DNA of 64,000 nucleotides, taken from NCBI GenBank assembly GCA_965277285.1, contig OZ255721.1:1824001-1888000 (forward strand), in the 5' to 3' direction. Position numbers and translations under genes: made by a program. The notes below the pieces were generated by a model, which was not told the origin of the DNA, did no database searches, and saw only the letters and a program-made list of their open reading frames with translations. This DNA is from Abditibacteriaceae bacterium (lineage in GTDB: Bacteria > Armatimonadota > Abditibacteriia > Abditibacteriales > Abditibacteriaceae). Below are positions 56,544 through 64,000 of this stretch, piece after piece. Numbering within the stretch: the first letter of the stretch is position 1; each line of letters begins with the position of its first letter.

Positions 56544-58559
56544 ATGGAAAAAACTTTCGATCAACAAAATCAGCCGACGCAACACAACGTCGTGACGGAC
56601 GAGCGCACGGTTGAAGCGCGTCCGGTCGAGACCGTCGATGGCGTTCCACCGCGCATTTCGAGTACTCGAAATGAGATGCCGACGCCGGAGCCAATCCCGC
56701 CGCGCCGCAAAGGTTTCAACTGGATTCCTCTGGCGATTATCGCAGCACTTCTTATCGCCGGAGTGTTTTTAAAACGCCGCGCGAGCAAGACTCCAGCGGG
56801 TGGCGCTGGCGGGCCAAACGCGGCTGCCGCGCCTGCGCCGCCAACGGTGCGCGTGATTCCGGTAACGACAGGCAACATTGAGCAAACGTTGCAAGTGACG
56901 GGTGCCTTGAAAACCAACCAGAGCATTGATCTGGGTTCAAAGATCGCCGGTCGCGTGGCGCGCGTTTTTGTCAACGAAGGTGATCGCGTAACGCGCGGCG
57001 AGCTTTTGATTCAGCTCGACGACGCCGATTTGCGCGCTCAGGTCGCGCAGGCGCAAGCGGCGCTCGATCAGGCGAAGGTGCGCTACAATCAAGCGGTCGT
57101 TGGTTTGCCAGCGCGTGTTCAGGGCGTCAACACAGGTATCGTGCAAGCGCAAACCAACCTCAGTACAGCGCAGGCGCGCTTGCGTCAGGCGAGATTAAAT
57201 GAATCGCCGCGCATTACAAGCGCCAATTCGCAAGTGCAAACCGCCCAAGAAACGGTTCGCACGGCGCAAACGCGACTGGCGCAGGCGCGCGAAACAGCGC
57301 GTGAGACGGCGCAGCAAACCAACGCCGACATCGCGCGCGCTCAAGCAGCAGCGCAAGCGTCGCGCGCGGCTTTGGCCGATGTGATTCGCGGCGCACGCGT
57401 GCAACAAGTCGCGCAAGGCCAAGCGCAAGTCGCCGTCGCACAAGCCAATGCCGACAACGCGCAAACCGAACTTAATCGCCAGAAAATCTTGTTCGCGGGC
57501 GGTGCCACAGCACAAGCCTCGGTTGATACAGCGCAAACCGCCTACAATGTCGCTCAGGCGCAACTCGAAAATGCGCGCCAGGCTTTGTCATTAACACAAG
57601 AAGGCGCGACCAGCGCACAAGTCACGCAAGCGCGCGAAGCCGTTCGCCAGGCTGAAGCGGGCGTCGCCACAGCAGAAACTGGACGCAGTCGAGTACTCGT
57701 TGCGCAAGGCGAAATCACCAACGCGTTGGCCGCTTTGGGTCAGGCGCAAGCTGGATTGCAAACGGCAGAAGCGAACCTGGCGCAGATTCCCAGCGTGCTT
57801 GAAGACACGCGCGTGGCGCGCGAAGCAGTCGCACAGTCGCAATCGGGCTTGCAGCAAGCGGTTTCCAATCGTTCGCAAATTCCCTTGGCGCGCGAAGACA
57901 TCAACGCCGCGAAAGCCGCCGTCGAATCGGCGCAGGCGCAGTTGTTACAAACACAGGTCACCCTGGGCTACGCTCGCATTTATTCGCCGGTCAATGGCGT
58001 TGTCAATACCAAATTGACAAATGAAGGTCAGACCGCGGGACAGAACGCCGTGCTTTTGAACCTCGTTTCGCTGGATCGCGTGTATTTTGAAGCGCAGGTT
58101 TCGGAAAACAACATCGGGCAAATCAAAGCAGGTCAATCGGCGCAAATCAATGTCGCAGCGGTTTCAGACAAGCCTTTGACGGGCTACGTTTCCGATGTCA
58201 TCCCAACCGCCGATGTGCGAACGCGCCAGTTCCGCGTTCGTATCACGATTCCAAACGCACCGCGCACCTTGACGCCGGGCGCTTTCGCGCGCGCCACATT
58301 GAGTACTCAAAAGGTGAGTAATGCCCTGCTCGTTCCCGACCAGGCGATTATTCAAAGCAACGGCCAGAACACGTTGTTGCTGGCGACACCACAAGGTCAA
58401 AAAGCGCAGGTCAAGCGACGCATCGTACAAACTGGCATCAGCCAGGGCGGACAAACGCAGATCGTTGGCGGCGTGCGCTCCGGCGACCAGGTCATCATCG
58501 GCAATACCGACTTGGACGACGGCGATACCGTCCTCATCGCCAAAGGCAACGCGGAGTAA
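56544..58559 (+). CDS. RND periplasmic adaptor (MFP) with very long coiled coil
   Basis: N-terminal TM, KIAGRVARVFVNEGDRV, IYSPVNGVV, LTPGAFA, GVRSGDQVI. Confidence 0.9.
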   Translation: MEKTFDQQNQPTQHNVVTDERTVEARPVETVDGVPPRISSTRNEMPTPEPIPPRRKGFNWIPLAIIAALLIAGVFLKRRASKTPAGGAGGPNAAAAPAPPTVRVIPVTTGNIEQTLQVTGALKTNQSIDLGSKIAGRVARVFVNEGDRVTRGELLIQLDDADLRAQVAQAQAALDQAKVRYNQAVVGLPARVQGVNTGIVQAQTNLSTAQARLRQARLNESPRITSANSQVQTAQETVRTAQTRLAQARETARETAQQTNADIARAQAAAQASRAALADVIRGARVQQVAQGQAQVAVAQANADNAQTELNRQKILFAGGATAQASVDTAQTAYNVAQAQLENARQALSLTQEGATSAQVTQAREAVRQAEAGVATAETGRSRVLVAQGEITNALAALGQAQAGLQTAEANLAQIPSVLEDTRVAREAVAQSQSGLQQAVSNRSQIPLAREDINAAKAAVESAQAQLLQTQVTLGYARIYSPVNGVVNTKLTNEGQTAGQNAVLLNLVSLDRVYFEAQVSENNIGQIKAGQSAQINVAAVSDKPLTGYVSDVIPTADVRTRQFRVRITIPNAPRTLTPGAFARATLSTQKVSNALLVPDQAIIQSNGQNTLLLATPQGQKAQVKRRIVQTGISQGGQTQIVGGVRSGDQVIIGNTDLDDGDTVLIAKGNAE

Positions 58560-58618
58560 AACACTTTGTCCGCAATTTTCACCTTCGCTGATCTGTAGTG
58601 AACGTTCATTTGCATCCA

Positions 58619-58671
58619 AACAAAAAGTTCGCGGCCAGTGTTTGTAACGCACTTACCGCGAACTTTTTGTT
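58619..58671 (+). terminator. Terminator after the efflux operon
   Basis: aacaaaaagttcgcgg...ccgcgaactttttgtt stem with U-run. Confidence 0.65.
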
Positions 58672-58855
58672 GTTCAAACGAAATCAATTTCTCGCCAATT
58701 GTCTTCATAGACCTATTAAAGATCAAGAAGTTACATTATCCATATTCATTTCGCGTCTAATTTCTTGTTTAACGACTATAGCTGATGTTTTCTTTTCTAT
58801 AGCGTGGCAAAACTCTATTTGCAGTTTTTGCTTCAAGCGCAAAAATCTCGAAGTC

Positions 58856-58893
58856 AAAAAAGCGCTGCGTAACTATCTACGCAGCGCTTCTTT
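58856..58893 (-). terminator. Rho-independent terminator
   Basis: aaaaaagcgctgcgta-actatc-tacgcagcgcttcttt. Confidence 0.75.
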
Positions 58894-58906
58894 TCATTTC
58901 CTACCG

Positions 58907-60421
58907 TTAATTTCCATACTCGAACGCCAGGTCTGAGTTATCGACAGGAGCAACAGGCTGGCGATTGGCGTGCGATTCTGATTCTACTGAGGCACCGCTT
59001 GGTGCACCGCCGACAGTACCTGTCGAATTGGTGCCGTCCGAAGTTGTTCCAGTCGCCGCCGTATTATCCGTTGGTGTTGGATTGTTACCGTTGCTCGGGA
59101 TGTTTGCCGGGTTGGTATCGCTTGTGCTGGAAGTGTTTGCATTTCCTACCGGATTGTTATTCATTGTGCCAGCATCGCTGGTACCCGATGCTGTGGGCGT
59201 GCTGGTTGAACCTGTATTTGCGCCCGTCCCCGACGGCGTACTTGCGGTTGTATCGGTAGTTGTGCTCGCCGTGGTATCGGTTGTAGTCGTGGCTGTTGTG
59301 TCAGTCGCTGGAGTCGTGGCTGTCGCATCAGTTGCCGGAAGAGTCGGTACCGTCACTGTAGCATCAGTTGCGGGTGTTACACCAGCCGAGGTATCAAGCG
59401 GAGCAGATGCCGCTGGAAAGGTTTCGGCGGGCGGAGTTTCGACAACAGTCGAGATACCACCATATGGCATAGGAGCAGAAGCATTGCCATTCATGCCGTT
59501 CATCGCGCCCGCCGTGCCGAAAGTCACGCTTCCAGGCAAACGCGTCGAAGCGCCTCGAATTGGCGTGCCCGGCAAAACAACGCCCGTTTGTGTGGTCACT
59601 GGCGCTACTACAATCGGAGCTACTATGGTGGTTGGTTGCGTGCCCAATACCACTTCATTCTCAGTCGGGACACGCATAAATTCGCTGACAATACGGTTGA
59701 CAGACGTTGTAAGCGAGGAAGCGGCAGCGTCCGCCATATCACCGCCCGCCATCGCAAAAGGCACAGTCGTAGTAGCCGACAGGCTGCGCAAGACAGTTTG
59801 TCCATCCGACGAATACAGGCGACCTGTTAATTTCACGCTGAGCGAATTGCTTTCTGCCGTCATATTCTCCAGCACGAAAGACGAAATTAGCGCCGGTTCG
59901 ACAAAGGATTGTTGCGGCGCCTTGTTGAAAGTGAGCTTCGACAGGAAGACACTTGCGTTGGGCGTCGTCGGCTGATTCAACAAATTGTTCAAGTCATCCG
60001 AAGTCGCTACGCCATCCTGCACAGCGCGCATTAAAACGGGATTGAAGCGCCGCACTTCCAAGATCGCATAACGGCCTGTTCCCGCCAGAGCCTTGCGGAC
60101 GGTGACATTGCTCTGGCGCAAAAAAGCGGTTGTAAACTCGGGCGTCGCTTTCCAATTGTCGCCGGTGCGCACTGGCAACATCATCAAAATGCGGCGGTCG
60201 CGCATCGGCTGCAGCATCGCTTGCGATAAAGGCATTGGCTTCGGTGTGACAACTGTTGCTACAGCACGAGGCCTCGCCTGCGATACAGTTTGTCCTGCCA
60301 GCAACAACGCGGCGGCAGAGGCAAAAACGCCCAGCGTAGGAACAAACCCGCGCTGAAGAGCGCTTCCGACGCAGCGATAGCCGTAGCGCAACAAACGAGT
60401 ACTCGAATAAGTGTTTGCCAT
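58907..60421 (-). CDS. Secreted hypothetical protein with Thr/Ser/Ala-rich C-terminal half
   Basis: Signal-like segment, globular domain, low-complexity tail; AGGAAGGA upstream. Confidence 0.72.
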   Translation of the reverse strand: MANTYSSTRLLRYGYRCVGSALQRGFVPTLGVFASAAALLLAGQTVSQARPRAVATVVTPKPMPLSQAMLQPMRDRRILMMLPVRTGDNWKATPEFTTAFLRQSNVTVRKALAGTGRYAILEVRRFNPVLMRAVQDGVATSDDLNNLLNQPTTPNASVFLSKLTFNKAPQQSFVEPALISSFVLENMTAESNSLSVKLTGRLYSSDGQTVLRSLSATTTVPFAMAGGDMADAAASSLTTSVNRIVSEFMRVPTENEVVLGTQPTTIVAPIVVAPVTTQTGVVLPGTPIRGASTRLPGSVTFGTAGAMNGMNGNASAPMPYGGISTVVETPPAETFPAASAPLDTSAGVTPATDATVTVPTLPATDATATTPATDTTATTTTDTTASTTTDTTASTPSGTGANTGSTSTPTASGTSDAGTMNNNPVGNANTSSTSDTNPANIPSNGNNPTPTDNTAATGTTSDGTNSTGTVGGAPSGASVESESHANRQPVAPVDNSDLAFEYGN

Positions 60422-60517
60422 GAAAAAAGTCCTTCCTGAACGGCGCTGTCAATGAACGACGCTAACAATGGCGCCCATTGCAACGTTTCAAATAGCTGCA
60501 AAGCAGAGTTCAATGTT

Positions 60518-61537
60518 TCAAGAACCCGAAGTGGTCTGATAAGTGCTGTCGTCATTGACATCACCCTGATTCGTGTTGCGCGAATTACGCTTGCGATTGT
60601 TTCGATTGCGACTGCTGCGGTTCCGATTTGCAGAAAAGCTCTGCACTGCGGGTTCTGTAAAGGGAATGCCCAGCGCGTAAATGCGTCGCGCTTTATCGCC
60701 AACGTGAATGCCGACCGCACCGCCACTGACCAGCAACGCAATCGATTGTGATGTATCGACACGAACGATAGTGACTTCCGCGACTTTGATGCGTTCGGTA
60801 ATGCGGCGCGCCGGATTGAAGTGATCGCGCAAAACCGAGTAGCGTTGCCCGGTGCGCACGCCGTCGCGCGAACCACGATTGAACTGAAACTCGTTACCGA
60901 TATTGGTCGTGACAGTCGCTTCCGCAGGCACATACAATCGCATCTGGCGCACCGAAGTATAAGCGGCCTTGTCCAGCGACTGATCCATCAAAACGTCGTC
61001 GTCCAATTCCTGAAATTGGTCGATTGTGACTTCGCTGGGCTGCGCTCCATTGATAAAATCGCCCGTCGCGACATCCATCTGGCGAAGTTCCATTTGCACG
61101 CGCGCTACGCGCACATTGCTGGCGTTGCGCGTAATCGTCGCCGCGACAATACGCCCTGTAATGACCACGTTCGATCCGGCGACTTCTCCCAGACGGCGCG
61201 CCGTCGATGGCGTGTAAGGCGCGTGCAAACCAGGAATGGTTTCCACCAGTTCCTCAACGCGCTGGCGAGCCACCACATCGAAATCGCCTGATGTCTTCAT
61301 TTCAACCGCAACGGCGTCCGCAGCCTTGCGCCCCAGAACCGCATCAAGACCGGCAGGAACATCAAAGTCGAGAACAACCGCCGACTGAACCGCTGTGGGA
61401 ACCGCGGCCTGCGCGTGCACCGGCGTGCCGCTGCCCGAAACCAGCACGAGCGCCGCCGGAAAAATCACGGTCACAGCCAGTGAAGCGTTCATCAGCGTCA
61501 GGTTGCGCGCAAAACAACGGGAAGAGCGACGAAGCAT
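60518..61537 (-). CDS. Secreted CsgG/FlgT-like protein
   Basis: VVLDF..LGRKAADAV..SGDFDVVAR..ARRLG..VITGRI (CsgG/TolB-N-like); FNRGSRDGVRTGQ (FlgT_C-like); start uncertain. Confidence 0.65.
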   Translation of the reverse strand: MLRRSSRCFARNLTLMNASLAVTVIFPAALVLVSGSGTPVHAQAAVPTAVQSAVVLDFDVPAGLDAVLGRKAADAVAVEMKTSGDFDVVARQRVEELVETIPGLHAPYTPSTARRLGEVAGSNVVITGRIVAATITRNASNVRVARVQMELRQMDVATGDFINGAQPSEVTIDQFQELDDDVLMDQSLDKAAYTSVRQMRLYVPAEATVTTNIGNEFQFNRGSRDGVRTGQRYSVLRDHFNPARRITERIKVAEVTIVRVDTSQSIALLVSGGAVGIHVGDKARRIYALGIPFTEPAVQSFSANRNRSSRNRNNRKRNSRNTNQGDVNDDSTYQTTSGS

Positions 61538-61742
61538 AAAAGTTCCTTTTAACAAGAGCGGCTCCAACAAAAGCGGCTTCATATCTATACACACCATGCA
61601 GAAAATCAGGCTGAAAGTGTTTCTATTTTATTAGAAGCTATCCTCGCCTGCAAGCGTCGTTTTGGACAATCGTAGTAACGCCTCGCCTGAACCGAAACGT
61701 CAATTCAAAATTGCGTTCAATTCGGCTTTTACAACGTGGTTT

Positions 61743-62204
61743 TTACGATGCATTTTTTTCATTGCGCGCATCTTGCAATTTGGCGAATTGTTCCAGTTTG
61801 CGCACCGTCGAAAGACTGGCGCGACGCCGATCCAATGCCTGCTCGACTTTGATGCAGATCAATTCAAAGACATCGACGCCCGGAATGTTCTTTTCCACAT
61901 AATCGAAGGCGCCCATTTTCATGCACTCGACGGCGTTCGCCACATTTCCGTAAGCCGTCAAAATTACGACTTCGGTGAAGACATCGCGCGCCAAAGTCGC
62001 CTTCAAAACCTCGACGCCCGAATTCGGCGATTCCATCAGCATATCGGTCAAAACGACATCGAAAGGCACGTCAGCTTTCTCAATCGCTTCAATCGCTTCG
62101 GCCTGCGACGCCGCGACTTGCGCGATATGACCTTCGCGCAACATACGGCGTTGCAGCGACAAGCGCACATCATCTTCATCATCCACCACTAAAATTTTAC
62201 CCAT
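61743..62204 (-). CDS. Response regulator (receiver domain)
   Basis: KILVVDDE, VLTDMLM, LTAYG..AVECMKMGAFDYVEK. Confidence 0.92.
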   Translation of the reverse strand: MGKILVVDDEDDVRLSLQRRMLREGHIAQVAASQAEAIEAIEKADVPFDVVLTDMLMESPNSGVEVLKATLARDVFTEVVILTAYGNVANAVECMKMGAFDYVEKNIPGVDVFELICIKVEQALDRRRASLSTVRKLEQFAKLQDARNEKNAS

Positions 62205-62252
62205 ACATTTTTGTTTCTCGGTTGAAATCAAAGGCCCTGAGATCAAGCGCGC

Positions 62253-62296
62253 CATTCGAGTACTCGATTCACATACTCGAATCGAGTACTCGAATG
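62253..62296. repeat. 18-bp inverted repeat made of two perfect motif copies
   Basis: cattcgagtactcgattc (62253-62270) pairs with gaatcgagtactcgaatg (62279-62296). Confidence 0.85.
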
Positions 62297-62303
62297 CAGC
62301 ACT

Positions 62304-64000
62304 TTACGCCTTTGTTTTGCTCGTATCGTCCTCTTGCGGCGCTTGGTACGCGGGCAGCAAAATTACGAAATGCGCGCCCGTCGTGTTCGCTCCATGCGTC
62401 ATATTGACGTTGCTCGTACCGCGACCAATTTCACGAATGACGCCGCCGTGCGCTTCGACAATTCCCTTCACAATCGACAAACCCAAACCCATGCCTTTGG
62501 CTTTGCGCGTATAGAACGGCGTAAAAACGCGCTGACGATCATGTTCGGACAAGCCCGGGCCGCTGTCGATAAATTCGATTTGCAGCGTTTCTCCCGATGG
62601 CGTGCGGCGCGTCAATTCATGCACCATGTCGTTGTCGGCCAAAGAAGAACGAATCGTCAGCATTCCGCCATGCGGCTGAAAATCAATCGAGTTTTCGATC
62701 AGTTCGCTGAAGGCGCGCTTGAGCTTGGCTTCATCGGCCATCACCGGCGGCAATTGTGGCGTCAGGTTCAACACCAGGTCAACTTTCGAGTGGCGCGGGA
62801 AACTTTCCGCCGTCACGTTGCGCATAATTTGATTGATGTCCTGCGGCGTGGCGTGCAACTGCGTCGCCAACACAAAGTCGCGGAACTCGCCTAAAATTTC
62901 TTCCAAGCGATAAATACCACGAGTGATGTCTTCCATGAGAAGACTAACATCGCGCGCTGGAATTTCGAGTACTCGATCCGGTTCGTCGCTCTTCAACAAA
63001 TAACCCAGTTCGTTCAAATGGCCTTTCACGCCAAACACCGCGTTGCCGATCATGTGAGCCGAACGTGCGCTCATTTCGCCCCACGCCGCCATGCGCTCGG
63101 CGTTCAACAAGCGCCCCAGAAAACGCGTTCTGTCAATGGCGACCGCCAATTGTCCGGCCAAAGTCAGGAAAATATCTTCGTCGGATTGCGTAAATTCTTG
63201 CGGCAGAAAATACAGCGAGCCTTTGCGATGCCGAATCACGCGCAAAACTCCGGTCAGGCCGCGATGTCCCTGCACCGGAACCGCCATCACCGCGGCGATT
63301 TCTCCCGCGGGCGCTTCCATGAACAAGCCTTTCCAGCGCGGATCGGTGCGCGGATCGCCGACGCGAATCGCTTCGCCATTTTGCGCGACCCAACCTGTCA
63401 AGCCTTCGCCCAGCGCGTAACGCACAGCAGTTTGTCCGGCCTGCTCGCTCAAAGGCCCGTTCGAGGCCGCCAATTGCAGCGTCGCGTGGTCGCCGCCTTC
63501 GTCCTGCATCAAAAACAACGAGCAATCGTCGGCGCGCAAAATCTTGGTCGCCTGCACCACGACATCGTGAATAATTTTGTCCAGATCGGCGGTCGAGTTG
63601 AAGTCTTTGCCAATCGAAATCAAGGCTTCTTCGCGCAGTTGATGCTCAGCCATCGCAATGATGACGGCCGCGCGGCGCGCCAGAACCGACAATTTGTTGG
63701 CGTGTTCTTCACCAAAGGCGTTCGGGCGCGGACTTTCAATATTGATGACGCCAATGGTGCCGCCGCCGCGCGCCGTAATCGGAACCGCGACTTCGCTCAC
63801 CACATCGTTGAAAAAACCGATGTAATAAGGGTCTTTGGAAACGTCGCCCGTCCAATAGCGGCGCCCGTTGACCACGACGTGGCGCGTGATGCCTTGGCGC
63901 GAATTTGAGTACTCGGCGAGCCGTTTTCCCAGCGCGCCTTCAACGGTCGAGCCTTCGACGCTTTCCAGGCCGCTGGCCGCCGCGCCGCCCACCAAAGCGC
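62304..64000 (-). CDS. GAF-GAF sensor histidine kinase (5'-truncated by window edge)
   Basis: Two GAF domains, SARSAHMIGN H-box, ELIENSI, DSGPG, PFYTRKAKGMGLGL. Confidence 0.9.
   Translation of the reverse strand, partial: ALVGGAAASGLESVEGSTVEGALGKRLAEYSNSRQGITRHVVVNGRRYWTGDVSKDPYYIGFFNDVVSEVAVPITARGGGTIGVINIESPRPNAFGEEHANKLSVLARRAAVIIAMAEHQLREEALISIGKDFNSTADLDKIIHDVVVQATKILRADDCSLFLMQDEGGDHATLQLAASNGPLSEQAGQTAVRYALGEGLTGWVAQNGEAIRVGDPRTDPRWKGLFMEAPAGEIAAVMAVPVQGHRGLTGVLRVIRHRKGSLYFLPQEFTQSDEDIFLTLAGQLAVAIDRTRFLGRLLNAERMAAWGEMSARSAHMIGNAVFGVKGHLNELGYLLKSDEPDRVLEIPARDVSLLMEDITRGIYRLEEILGEFRDFVLATQLHATPQDINQIMRNVTAESFPRHSKVDLVLNLTPQLPPVMADEAKLKRAFSELIENSIDFQPHGGMLTIRSSLADNDMVHELTRRTPSGETLQIEFIDSGPGLSEHDRQRVFTPFYTRKAKGMGLGLSIVKGIVEAHGGVIREIGRGTSNVNMTHGANTTGAHFVILLPAYQAPQEDDTSKTKA

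Noticed and set aside
58965..59975. 336-aa Val-rich plus-strand ORF
   Set aside because: Mirror of the Thr-rich minus-strand gene.

Overview
Gene-dense bacterial chromosomal window with moderately high GC. The organism is a diderm (lnt, LptD-like, SLH-porin, TolC); an Armatimonadota/Abditibacteriota-like lineage is my inference only. About 57 CDSs: the 3' end of dnaJ; four paralogous zinc-ribbon membrane genes with an Lgt-family gene and a Tes/MJ0619-like radical SAM gene; envelope genes; rlmD, lnt, eno/divIC and a PPIase; a GH26; a GAF-PAS kinase/receiver/Hpt set; rsmG and clpS; a sulfur-assimilation locus (Rrf2, sat, mec, cysM, cysN, cysD); three paralogous secreted proteins; nth-like/ADP-ribosylglycohydrolase/EamA; a C13 peptidase; a CBM-glycoside hydrolase; and a 13-kb MarR-TolC-EmrA-SDR-EmrB-RND-MFP efflux operon. 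I found no rRNA, tRNA, CRISPR array or transposase. The dominant unexplained signal is a highly iterated 12-bp palindrome, TCGAGTACTCGA. I counted 44 perfect copies by eye plus about 28 near-copies; chance expectation is about 0.004 copies per 64 kb. It is quasi-evenly spaced, lies both between genes and inside genes in all three frames (SSTR / EYS / RVLE-RVLD), and is built into terminator-like hairpins and translation-initiation regions. It resembles cyanobacterial HIP1 but is a different, longer sequence. The second candidate system is the Tes-like radical SAM + divergent Lgt + small Cys-motif membrane proteins. Several REP/REPIN-like inverted-repeat families are also present. Counts and start codons are manual and approximate.
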